In this document: piece after piece, positions 55,203 to 63,601 of the stretch
Layout: every line of letters starts with the position of its first letter
Numbering within the stretch: position 1 is the first letter of the stretch
Assembly: GCA_009692115.1 (NCBI GenBank)
Contig: SHZU01000001.1
Location: forward strand, 324,345-388,344
Source: Gemmatimonadota bacterium
Lineage (GTDB): Bacteria; Gemmatimonadota; Gemmatimonadetes; Gemmatimonadales; GWC2-71-9
DNA length: 64,000 nucleotides
Reading direction: 5' to 3'
The notes under the pieces: generated by a model
What the model saw: only the letters and a program-made list of their open reading frames with translations
What the model was told of the DNA's origin: nothing
Databases searched by the model: none
Position numbers and translations under genes: made by a program

Positions 55203-55537
55203 CGCAACTCCTTGGGTAGGTATTCTTCGAGGATCCGCGAGACGAACCGGCGGACGATTACGTACACCAGCACCACCGAGGCCGCCGCGAAAACCCGTTG
55301 GGTCAGCTCCGGGGGCGTCTTCCAGATCAGCCAAGCCGCCAGCAGCACGGCCGCCACGATGCCGTACCGCTGCCCAGCACGGGCCGCCTTCCGCCGGCGT
55401 TTCTCCTTGCACCCATGGCAATAGTCACCCCACGCCAAGCCCGGCTCGCGCCGGTCGCATTGGACGCAGGGAACCGGCTCAGCCGCGAGCCCGAGCCGCG
55501 ACGCGATCGCCGAATTGTTGAGTCGTAGCATGGCCAC
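55199..55537 (-). CDS. Small zinc-ribbon membrane protein (CxxC...CxxC + 2 TM), unknown function
   Basis: PCVQCDRRE...YCHGCKEKRRRK, followed by IVAAVLLAAWLIW and VFAAASVVLVYVIV. The true start may be GTG 55474, just after the IDH stop, rather than 55537. Confidence 0.45.
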   Translation of the reverse strand: MAMLRLNNSAIASRLGLAAEPVPCVQCDRREPGLAWGDYCHGCKEKRRRKAARAGQRYGIVAAVLLAAWLIWKTPPELTQRVFAAASVVLVYVIVRRFVSRILEEYLPKELR

Positions 55538-56495
55538 CCAGATCCTTGGTTCGGACTTGGTCTTTCACTATCGTGTCGACGATCGCTCGCCGAAGCCGGC
55601 CGCCGGCCTCGGCCTCGCCGAGGTGTTCCAGCATCATCGCGGCCGCAAACATCAGCGCCGACGGATTGGCCAGGCCCGTGCCGGCAATGTCAGGGGCGCT
55701 GCCATGGACGGCTTCGAAGATCGAGGCCGTCGTTCCAATGTTGGCGCCCGGCGCCAAGCCCAAGCCTCCGACCAGGCCGGATATTTCATCGCTCAGAATA
55801 TCGCCGAACAGGTTCGTGGTCACGATCACGTCGAACTGTTCCGGCCGGACCACCAGTTGCATGGCGCAGTTGTCGACGATCATGTCGGTGGACTCGACCC
55901 GGCCCTGATACTCGGCCGCCACCTCGTGGCCGACCTCCAGGAACAGCCCGCTCACCATCTTGAGGATATTGGCTTTGTGAACGATGGTGACCTTCTTCCG
56001 CCCGGTCCGGAGGGCGTATTCGAAGGCGTACCGGACGATCCGTTCGCAGCCGTATCGGGTGGTGACCCCGGTGGTGACGCCGGCCGCGTGGGGATCGTCT
56101 TTGGTAGCAATCCAATACTCGATCCCGGTATAGAATCCTTCGAGATTTTCCCGCACCAACACGATGTCGATGTTGTCGTACCGGCCGGGGAGAATGGTCT
56201 TGGCGGGCCGGACGTTGGCAAACAGCTCGAACTCGCGGCGGAGCGCGACGTTCACCGATCGGTAGCCCGGACCCGAGGGGGTCGTAAGCGGCCCCTTCAA
56301 CGCCACTCGGCGGTGCCGGATGCTCTCCAGGGTGGCTTCGGGCACCGGCGTGCCCGTCGCGGCCACCGCGGCCATCCCGCCAAGCTGGCGGTCCCACGTG
56401 AAGGTCACCCCGGTTGCTTCAACCGCATTGATCGTCGCGTCACTGATTTCCGGCCCGATTCCGTCTCCTGGAATCAGGGTCACTTCGTACCTCAT
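55479..56495 (-). CDS. Isocitrate/isopropylmalate dehydrogenase-family enzyme (short NAD-IDH-like, 338 aa)
   Basis: IPGDGIGPEI, RSVNVALRREFELFANVRP, VRENLEGFYTG, NLFGDILSDEISGLVGGLGLAPGANIG. Confidence 0.9.
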   Translation of the reverse strand: MRYEVTLIPGDGIGPEISDATINAVEATGVTFTWDRQLGGMAAVAATGTPVPEATLESIRHRRVALKGPLTTPSGPGYRSVNVALRREFELFANVRPAKTILPGRYDNIDIVLVRENLEGFYTGIEYWIATKDDPHAAGVTTGVTTRYGCERIVRYAFEYALRTGRKKVTIVHKANILKMVSGLFLEVGHEVAAEYQGRVESTDMIVDNCAMQLVVRPEQFDVIVTTNLFGDILSDEISGLVGGLGLAPGANIGTTASIFEAVHGSAPDIAGTGLANPSALMFAAAMMLEHLGEAEAGGRLRRAIVDTIVKDQVRTKDLGGHATTQQFGDRVAARARG

Positions 56496-57127
56496 GGCTC
56501 GCCCTCAACCGGGAAGATCGTGGCCACGGCCTTGCCAAGTACCTGATCGGGGGTGCCGCCGCTGCCTTTGGCCATCGACCGCCAGACCACTTTGCCGGTC
56601 CGGACGTCCGCCAATAAGACGGCCATATCAACCGCGAGGGCACCGGCACTGTCGGACTTGAACACCACCGAGGCGGGAATCATCGCGTAGCGTGAACCGC
56701 CCGCCACCGCCAAGAGTCGGCGGAGGTTCGAGCGGAGCGGGTCAGGGACGGAGGACATTCCCCAACTCCGCATGATCGACTGCCCCATCTGGTCGGGGTC
56801 CGGCATCAGGCCACCGGCCCGACGGGAGATCCGCCGCAATTCCTGGGGGGGGATCCACTTTACTTCGGGTGCCCGGGAGGCGGCCCCTTCGAACAGCACC
56901 GAATCGACCCACCGGAGCAGCGCCGGCCGAGCCAGCGCAAAGGTGCCTGGCGGGACCTCGGGTTCGATGAGGAACATGTTGACGGGAACGATGGCGACGC
57001 CCTGGCCGGCCACCGCATTGACGACGAGCGGCTGGGTAACCGGCCTCTTCTGGGCAAACACCGGCTGGGCGCCGGCCAGCGAAGCAACCACGGTCACGAG
57101 CGCGAACACGTTGCGGTTTCTCAACAT
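56492..57127 (-). CDS. Secreted hypothetical protein, 211 aa
   Basis: Signal peptide MLRNRNVFALVTVVASLAGAQPVFAQ. Its stop overlaps the IDH ATG (ATGA 56492-56495). No family recognised. Confidence 0.5.
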   Translation of the reverse strand: MLRNRNVFALVTVVASLAGAQPVFAQKRPVTQPLVVNAVAGQGVAIVPVNMFLIEPEVPPGTFALARPALLRWVDSVLFEGAASRAPEVKWIPPQELRRISRRAGGLMPDPDQMGQSIMRSWGMSSVPDPLRSNLRRLLAVAGGSRYAMIPASVVFKSDSAGALAVDMAVLLADVRTGKVVWRSMAKGSGGTPDQVLGKAVATIFPVEGEP

Positions 57128-57199
57128 AGCAGCTGTAATCCTAACGGAGTCGACCTAAAAAAACGACTCCACGCTGCCCGAGGTACCCACCGGCGACGG

Positions 57200-58063
57200 C
57201 TATCGCTCCAGGGCCAGGCCCCCGTCCACTTGAATGACTTGGCCGGTGACATGCCTGGCCTCATCCGAACAGAGGAACGACACCACATGGGCCACATCTT
57301 CGGGATCGGCCAAGCGGCCCAGCACCGTACTGGTCTTGGCCCGTTCCAGTACCTCGGGCGGCAGTTGCTGCAGGCGCTCGGTGCGGACGAACCCGGGCGC
57401 CACCGCGTTGACATTGATGTTGCTCGGACCAAGTTCCACCGCCACGGCCCGGGTCAGACCCTCGAGCCCGGACTTGCTGGCGGCGTAACTGGTGACCCCG
57501 AACCCCGGCCGGGTGGCCTGGTGGGCACTGATACTGACAATCTTACCGTACCGCTGGCGGCGGAAGATCGGGGCAACCGAGGCGATGCAGTTATTGGCCC
57601 CGATCAGATTCGTCATGATGACGTCGTTCCAGTCAGTCTCCGTCAGGCGCCATTGGGCACCATCGATCGCAATCCCGGCGTTGTTGACCAAGAAATGGAC
57701 CGACCCAAACTTCTCCTTGACGGCGTCGATGAAACGAGCCACGTGCTCCCGATCCCGCACGTCGCAGGTATCGGCCAGCACGCGGGCGCCCATCGAGGCC
57801 AGAATCGTTTCGGTCAACAAGGCCATTTCGCGAACGTCCCGGCCCGGCAAATTGACGAAACAGAACGCCACGTTGCAGCCCAGCCGGCCGAACTCGAGCG
57901 CAATGGCCCGCCCCAAGCCCGTTGCCCCGCCGGTCACGACGACCGTCTTGCCGGCAAACCCGGGAGCCACCACCGGTTGCTCCAACGCCTCCGGCAAGAC
58001 CGCCGACCGCGAGCGGCCAACCGCCTGCCAACTAGGTGATTTCCCGAAATCCGAAAATGGCAT
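57200..58063 (-). CDS. Short-chain dehydrogenase/reductase (FabG-like)
   Basis: ATG 58063. VVVTGGATGLGRAIA (TGxxxGxG), NNAG, YAASKSGLEGLTR (YxxxK). Confidence 0.9.
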   Translation of the reverse strand: MPFSDFGKSPSWQAVGRSRSAVLPEALEQPVVAPGFAGKTVVVTGGATGLGRAIALEFGRLGCNVAFCFVNLPGRDVREMALLTETILASMGARVLADTCDVRDREHVARFIDAVKEKFGSVHFLVNNAGIAIDGAQWRLTETDWNDVIMTNLIGANNCIASVAPIFRRQRYGKIVSISAHQATRPGFGVTSYAASKSGLEGLTRAVAVELGPSNINVNAVAPGFVRTERLQQLPPEVLERAKTSTVLGRLADPEDVAHVVSFLCSDEARHVTGQVIQVDGGLALER

Positions 58064-58102
58064 CTGGCGCGAAGCTATCGGCCGTCGCCCCATCCCGCAA
58101 GC

Positions 58103-59275
58103 TCAACCCTCGCGCGCCGAGCCGAGTGCCGAGCGCCGAGCGCCGAGTGCCGAGACCGACATCCCGGCCGCCACGAGGAGGGCCAGTCCTCCGCCGAACA
58201 CCTGGTAGAGCCATCCATACCCGAGGCCGAAGATCAGCGCGCCGACCCCGGCCATGGCCTGGTAGGTTCCAAAGGCGCGACCCCGCCGGCTCGGCGCGAC
58301 CCGGGCCACCGCCGCTCGCTCGGCCGGCTCCAGGAAGCCGGCGGCCAGGCCGTGGGACAGGAACAGGCCGACGGCCAAAGTCGGGCTGAGGTCGCGGGAC
58401 AATCCGAACGCGGTCGCGGCATAGGCCGCCGTGCCGAGGACCAGCGAGGGACCGACGCCGACCCGGTCGGCCAGCCACCCTGAAGGGTAGGAGGCGGCGC
58501 TCTTGACGATATGGAGCACCGCCCACACCAACGGCACCCCGGCGACCGGCAAGCCCAGATCCTGGATCCGAAGCAGGATCAACGCTTCTGGCAGGCGGAC
58601 CGCGGCCAGCAGCGCCAACCCCGCCAACCGACCTCTTGGCACGGTGGACGAATCGTCGTCGGGGGCGGACGGAGCCGGCTCGGCTGCGATCGTGGTCCGG
58701 GCCCGCCAGAGCACCAGGGTCAGCACGCCAAGCGCCGCGATTCCCGGAATCAGACTCGCGCCTAACACCTGCCGGACCGGAACGCCCCGCCGCAGCAGTT
58801 CGAACGCCATCAGCGACCCGAGCACGGCCCCCAGATGGTCGGCGGTCCGATGGAGGCCAAAGGCGCGGCCGTGCATCACGCGGGGAGTGGCATCGGCAAT
58901 CAAGGCATCCCGGCCGGGCGACCGAAGGCCCTTCCCCATCCGGTCGAGCATTCGGACGCCGATGACCTGCCAGGCGGAGGAGGTGACCGCCATGACCGGC
59001 CGGAGCACGGTGGCCACGGCGTAGCCAGCCCAGACCAAGGGGAGGCGCCAGCGGCCCCGGTCGGCCAGCGGGCCGCTCCACCACCGAATGACGGACGACG
59101 CCAGGTCGGCCGCGCCGTCCAAGGCGCCCAGGACCACCGGACCGGCGCCTAACGTGCCGGTCAGGAACGCCGGCAGCAGCGGATAGACCATTTCGCTGGC
59201 GAAGTCATTGAGGAGCGAGACCGCCGCCAGGCCTTTGACCGTGGCGGGGACCCGGGGGGCATCAGGAATCGGCAC
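58103..59275 (-). CDS. MFS transporter
   Basis: GTG 59275. LLNDFASEMVYPLLPAFL..., DRMGKGLRSPGRDALIAD, about 12 hydrophobic segments. The C-terminal tail is encoded by a heptanucleotide repeat. Confidence 0.85.
   Translation of the reverse strand: MPIPDAPRVPATVKGLAAVSLLNDFASEMVYPLLPAFLTGTLGAGPVVLGALDGAADLASSVIRWWSGPLADRGRWRLPLVWAGYAVATVLRPVMAVTSSAWQVIGVRMLDRMGKGLRSPGRDALIADATPRVMHGRAFGLHRTADHLGAVLGSLMAFELLRRGVPVRQVLGASLIPGIAALGVLTLVLWRARTTIAAEPAPSAPDDDSSTVPRGRLAGLALLAAVRLPEALILLRIQDLGLPVAGVPLVWAVLHIVKSAASYPSGWLADRVGVGPSLVLGTAAYAATAFGLSRDLSPTLAVGLFLSHGLAAGFLEPAERAAVARVAPSRRGRAFGTYQAMAGVGALIFGLGYGWLYQVFGGGLALLVAAGMSVSALGARRSALGSAREG
58116..58155. repeat. Heptanucleotide microsatellite (GCCGAGY)n at the 3' end of the MFS gene
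   Basis: Plus strand GCCGAG CCGAGT GCCGAGC GCCGAGC GCCGAGT GCCGAGA. It contains the 13-mer GCCGAGTGCCGAG twice (58121, 58142), identical to both arms of the 26184-26224 hairpin. Confidence 0.6.
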
Positions 59276-60359
59276 TGAGCGCCCACGCGGCCAACGCCGG
59301 GTGGAACAGGCCTCGGGCCGTGGCCGCGGCGATCAGATCGGGAGGGGTCGCGTCGCGAGCGAGGGCAACCGCCTGCCACTCGGCGGCCAGGAGCACGGTT
59401 CCGACCGATTCGAGCGGCGCCACCACCACCCGGCGGACCTGCTCACCACGGCTCTGGAGCCGGTCTGTCAGCTTGGCCACACCCTCGGCCGCGCCAATCC
59501 GGCCGAGTTGAATGGCCAAATCCAGCCCGGCGATGACCAAAGCCAGATGCCGCTCACCGGCCGAGCGATGGCCGGAGAACAGATCCATGGCCGAGAGCCA
59601 TTCCGGCGCCGCCAGCCGGCGACGAATTTCACGAGGCTCGGCTGCCGCCGCGACTCGAGCCCCGCTGCCGACGGCCGCGACGATGGACCGTCCCGTCTCG
59701 AGATCGGCCGCTGAGGACTCGACCAGGGCAATCAGCCGGCGTTCCGCCTGGGCGGCGGTCATTTCGAGCTTGAATTCGTGATGGAGGTGCCAGGTGACCT
59801 GGTCCTCGCCTAACGCGCCGGCATCGGCGGCCCCGTCGACTCCGACATCGTGCCGGAGGAAGGTCTCCAGCCCCGCCAGGGCCTCGGCGGCCGCCGGGTG
59901 CGTGACCGCCGGGCGGAGCTCGGTCAACAATTCGAGGGCCACGTGGAGGTTGCCGATCGACGGCTTCGACACCGTCCCGCGAAGCGCGGCCGCCCAAGCG
60001 GGCATGGCCTCGAGCATGGCCTGATCGTCGGGCCGGGCGGCGACGATGGCGGCCAGCCGGTCGAGCCACAGGGCCGGACTTCGCCGGTCGGGGCGATCGT
60101 GCTCGACTCGCCGAAGCCGGACCCGGATGGCGTCAATCAGGATCGTGCGGTCGACTTCCTCGTCCAGCGAGTCGAGCTCGAGTTCCTCGACCGCATGCGC
60201 CAGCGAGCGAAACGCGGCCGCGTGCTGCGGGAGGGTCTGGTCGTCAAACGAGGCCAGCACCGGGGCCGGGCCGACCCAGTCGGTCCGGCTCGCTTCGACC
60301 CCGTCGAAGTGGTGCCAGAGGTCGAGAAACGAGAGGGCCAGTTCGGGCAATAACGGCAT
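59262..60359 (-). CDS. Hypothetical protein, 365 aa (N-terminal part reminiscent of DUF885; no catalytic motif seen)
   Basis: Open frame with Ala/Leu-rich helical composition. It overlaps the MFS start by 14 nt and starts 5 nt after the upstream gene. Confidence 0.5.
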   Translation of the reverse strand: MPLLPELALSFLDLWHHFDGVEASRTDWVGPAPVLASFDDQTLPQHAAAFRSLAHAVEELELDSLDEEVDRTILIDAIRVRLRRVEHDRPDRRSPALWLDRLAAIVAARPDDQAMLEAMPAWAAALRGTVSKPSIGNLHVALELLTELRPAVTHPAAAEALAGLETFLRHDVGVDGAADAGALGEDQVTWHLHHEFKLEMTAAQAERRLIALVESSAADLETGRSIVAAVGSGARVAAAAEPREIRRRLAAPEWLSAMDLFSGHRSAGERHLALVIAGLDLAIQLGRIGAAEGVAKLTDRLQSRGEQVRRVVVAPLESVGTVLLAAEWQAVALARDATPPDLIAAATARGLFHPALAAWALSADS

Positions 60360-60364
60360 CCGCG

Positions 60365-61342
60365 CTATCGGCCCGTGACTTCCGAATCGTCCGCGACGCT
60401 GAGTGACCCCGAGAACCCCTTCACGGTGACCCGGTTGCCGAGCATCGAGTGGATGAGCACCGCGTCGGTGATGATGCTCTTCTGGCCGACCAGCGTGTGC
60501 GACAAGGTCGAATTGGTAATCACGGAGCCCTTCTCGACCGTGACGTTCGGCCCGATCGTGGACCCTGCGATCGAGACGCCTTCTTCGATCAGCACCGGGT
60601 CAATGAAGGTTACCCCGGGAAAAGCGCCCCGGCGGGCCGCCCCTTTTTCGAGGAGGATTTGATTGGTCTCGAGGAAAGCGTCGAGTTTCCCGCAGTCGTA
60701 CCACCCGCCCACTTCGGCGGTCAGGATCTTCTTACCATGTTCGATCATCCATTGGAAGGCATCGGTCAGGTAGAACTCGCCCTTGTTGGCCGGTGCGGCC
60801 AGGGTGTGGTCAATCCCGTTCCAGAGGGCTTCGACGTCCTTGATGTAATAGAGCCCGATGTTGGCGAGCTTGGAAATCGGCGTCGTCGGTTTTTCGACGA
60901 TCTTCGTCATGTAGCCGTCGGCATCGGTCACCACGACCCCGAACCGTTGATAATTCTCGACCTCTTTAGCCCAAATGATCCCGTCGGCGGTGGCTCGGTT
61001 GATCAGGGTCAGGTCGGCCTCGAAGACGGTGTCGACGAAGATGACCAGGATCGGCTCATGGACGAACGGCCGGGCCAAGTTGACGGCGCCCGCGGTCCCG
61101 TCCTGGACCTGCTGCTCGATATACCGGCACGGCACCCCGTAGCGGCCGGTCGCATAGGCCTCGACCTGCTCTTTGAGGTGGCCGGTGATGAAGATGATCT
61201 CGGAGACGTCGAGGCCCTTGATCCGGTCCATGACCCAATCCATGACCGGACGGCCGGCCACTTTGAGCATGGGCTTCGGGACCAGGTGCGAATGGGGACG
61301 GACCCGGGTCCCCTTGCCGGCCAGGGGTATGATGACTTGCAC
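60365..61342 (-). CDS. Sugar-1-phosphate nucleotidylyltransferase with C-terminal left-handed beta-helix
   Basis: MQVIIPLAGKGTRVRP...PKPMLKVAGRPV (G-x-G-T-R motif), ...GTAGAV..., and C-terminal hexapeptide-like repeats. Confidence 0.85.
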   Translation of the reverse strand: MQVIIPLAGKGTRVRPHSHLVPKPMLKVAGRPVMDWVMDRIKGLDVSEIIFITGHLKEQVEAYATGRYGVPCRYIEQQVQDGTAGAVNLARPFVHEPILVIFVDTVFEADLTLINRATADGIIWAKEVENYQRFGVVVTDADGYMTKIVEKPTTPISKLANIGLYYIKDVEALWNGIDHTLAAPANKGEFYLTDAFQWMIEHGKKILTAEVGGWYDCGKLDAFLETNQILLEKGAARRGAFPGVTFIDPVLIEEGVSIAGSTIGPNVTVEKGSVITNSTLSHTLVGQKSIITDAVLIHSMLGNRVTVKGFSGSLSVADDSEVTGR

Positions 61343-61344
61343 GG

Positions 61345-61698
61345 TCAGGTTCTCCCGTAGCGATCAGTGATGCGGACGAGATCGTCCAGCTCGGGGGTCG
61401 AGGCCTCGAGCACATCGGAGTCCTGGATGGCCTCGATTTGGTGAATCAACTTGGCCGGGATGTGAAACGACTCGCCGGCGCGAAAGGGTCGGGCGGTCAT
61501 GCCCGAACCAGCCACCTGGGTCCGCAAGATGAGTTCGCCCCGGAGGACATACATCGTTTCATCCTTGACGTTGTGGTACTGGCAGCTCATGACTTGCCCG
61601 GCGTTCACGTGCAGGATCTTCCCGACGTAGCGGTCGGTCCGGGCCCAAATCACTTCATACCCCCAAGGTTTGTCGACCCGATAGGGTATTTCACTCAT
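61345..61698 (-). CDS. Small cupin (type II phosphomannose-isomerase-like cupin domain)
   Basis: ATG 61698 (ATGA overlap). KPWGYEVIWARTDRYVGKILHVNAGQVMSCQYHNVKDETMYVLRGE...FHIPAKLIHQIEA. Confidence 0.8.
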   Translation of the reverse strand: MSEIPYRVDKPWGYEVIWARTDRYVGKILHVNAGQVMSCQYHNVKDETMYVLRGELILRTQVAGSGMTARPFRAGESFHIPAKLIHQIEAIQDSDVLEASTPELDDLVRITDRYGRT

Positions 61699-62276
61699 GA
61701 AGCCTCCAAAGGATGAAACTCGAACGCGGAAGGCGACGCAACGCACTCCCGGACGCAGACCCCGCAACCAACGCAGCCCTCGCGCCGGAGCACTGGATGG
61801 CCGGCCTCATCTTGCCCTAACGCCCGTTCCCCGATCGGGCACGCATCCACACACACCCGGCACGGACTCCCCTCGAACGTGACGCACCGTTCCGGAACCA
61901 ACGCCACCGTGCCAAGACGGTAGTCGGTCCACCCGTTGGCCGGCCGGGTCAGCGCCCCGGTCGGGCAGGCCTGGACGCAGGGCATGTCCGGGCACGCCAC
62001 ACACGGTTGGCTCGTCGGCTCGAGGTAGGGCGTGCCGGCCGCCAACCCGCCCGAGGCCGGCACCGTCAGAATCGCGTGGACCGGACACACGGGTGAGCAC
62101 GCGCCGCACCGGGTGCAGGCGGCCAGGAACCCGACCTCGGGCATCGAGCCGGGCGGCCGGGTGTACCGGCTTTGGATGATCCGTTCCTCGGTTCGCTCGA
62201 CCAACCCTCGGAGCCATTCCCCGAAGCTGTCGCGAATCACCGCCCGCCGGTCGCCCGTCTTATCCCATGGTTTCAC
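61695..62276 (-). CDS. NapF-like polyferredoxin (four Cys clusters)
   Basis: GTG 62276 (GTGA overlap). RPPGSMPEVGFLAACTRCGACSPVCP, CVACPDMPCVQACP, CVTFEGSPCRVCVDACP, CVGCGVCVRECV. The layout is like E. coli NapF. Confidence 0.8.
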   Translation of the reverse strand: MKPWDKTGDRRAVIRDSFGEWLRGLVERTEERIIQSRYTRPPGSMPEVGFLAACTRCGACSPVCPVHAILTVPASGGLAAGTPYLEPTSQPCVACPDMPCVQACPTGALTRPANGWTDYRLGTVALVPERCVTFEGSPCRVCVDACPIGERALGQDEAGHPVLRREGCVGCGVCVRECVASPSAFEFHPLEAS

Positions 62277-63499
62277 TGGCGATAAATCGGAAAGACACCA
62301 TCGGTCAGGCGCCCGAGCAGGCCGCTGAACAGCACCCCGATCCGCGGCTTGCCAGGGCCCTGATCCGTGGGATTCCTGGGGTCATCGGTCGGGGCGGTGT
62401 TGAACACGGCAACGACCCCAGCCTTAGACACGGGATCGATGTAAAAGAACGACCGGAACGCCTTCTGGCTCCCGGTATGTCCGACCAAGTTGAGACCCTT
62501 CCGCTCCAGCAGAAAATAGGCCAAGCCGATCGACCCGCCCTCGGGGCCGCCTAACGGAAGCAGTGGCTTCCACATTTCCTCCAGCGACGCTCGCGCCAAG
62601 ACCCCCCGGCCGGCCGCCGGCACCCCGGGGGCTCCGACGAGGAACTGGAGATACTTGACCAAATCCGTGATCGGGGCATTGAGCCCGCCGTTCGATACCG
62701 TGATCCCGGTGTCGAAGTCGAGGCCGTTCGCCACCGGGCCGCCGGTCCCGATGTCGTAGTTGTTGGACCGAAACGGCAGCAAGTGGTACGGGGTGAGATC
62801 GAAGTAGCTTGACGACATGCCGAGGGGCCGGAACAGGTTCTTCTCGATGTAGGTCTCGTAGTCCTCGCCGGTCAGCGCCTCGATGGTCCGACCGAGGAAG
62901 ATCACGCCCGGGTTCGAATAGCTGAACTTCGTCCCCGGCTGGAACAGGATCTCGGTGTACGGCATCATCGCCACCAGTTGCGACCACGCGACCGGCTCAT
63001 GCGGATGCCACGGTTTGTCGCCGCCCCAGGGCCAGGTCCCGTTTCGAAAGCCGGCGGAATGCGACATCAGCATCCGGAGGGTAATCGCCTCCATCGGCCC
63101 GAATGGATTGTGGACCGCCCGCAACTCGGGAACGTACTGGAGCGCCGGATCGTCGAGCCCGAGCCGCCTCCGGTCGCGAAGCTGCATCACCGCGATGGAC
63201 GTGAAGGTTTTGGTGATCGACGCCCAGTGGTAAATCGTCCGCTCGTCAACCGCCCGGTTGGTGGCCAGATCGGCCAGGCCGTGAAACTCTTGCGCCAACA
63301 CGGTGTCGCCATGGAAGAAGATCATGCTCCCGCCGACCACGCCCTCATCGTTGAGGGTCCGGTGGAAGAACTCCTTGACCGGAGCCCATGCCGGAGTGAA
63401 TCGATCCCGGATCGTTTGCGCCGGCCCGGTCGTCGGGCCGAGGCCGGCAATCAGCAGGACCGCCAGTGCGGTTTGTCGGAACGAAGGGCCGGTCATCAT
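62273..63499 (-). CDS. Secreted beta-lactamase-fold serine hydrolase (class C/PBP-like)
   Basis: Signal peptide MMTGPSFRQTALAVLLIAGLGPTTGPAQ. Catalytic SxxK in YHWASITKTFTS. YSN motif in KFSYSNPG. Confidence 0.85.
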   Translation of the reverse strand: MMTGPSFRQTALAVLLIAGLGPTTGPAQTIRDRFTPAWAPVKEFFHRTLNDEGVVGGSMIFFHGDTVLAQEFHGLADLATNRAVDERTIYHWASITKTFTSIAVMQLRDRRRLGLDDPALQYVPELRAVHNPFGPMEAITLRMLMSHSAGFRNGTWPWGGDKPWHPHEPVAWSQLVAMMPYTEILFQPGTKFSYSNPGVIFLGRTIEALTGEDYETYIEKNLFRPLGMSSSYFDLTPYHLLPFRSNNYDIGTGGPVANGLDFDTGITVSNGGLNAPITDLVKYLQFLVGAPGVPAAGRGVLARASLEEMWKPLLPLGGPEGGSIGLAYFLLERKGLNLVGHTGSQKAFRSFFYIDPVSKAGVVAVFNTAPTDDPRNPTDQGPGKPRIGVLFSGLLGRLTDGVFPIYRQ

Positions 63500-63601
63500 G
63501 GGGCCAGAATCTAACCGATCGCCCCTTGGTTCCGCCTCTCGCTCTGGATAGGCTTCCTCCCCCGGCTCGCCGGCACCCGTACCCGATCCCCGGAGCCCGG
63601 C

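Noticed and set aside
57148-57173. Hairpin GGAGTCG-TTTTTTTAGGT-CGACTCC as a classical intrinsic terminator of the SDR gene.
   Set aside because: The T-run lies in the loop rather than 3' of the stem. It is therefore reported as a motif of unknown role rather than as a terminator feature.
58116-58155. The GCCGAGY tandem repeat as a CRISPR array or minisatellite locus.
   Set aside because: The units are 7 nt with no spacers, and the tract lies inside the MFS coding frame. It is a microsatellite, not a CRISPR array.
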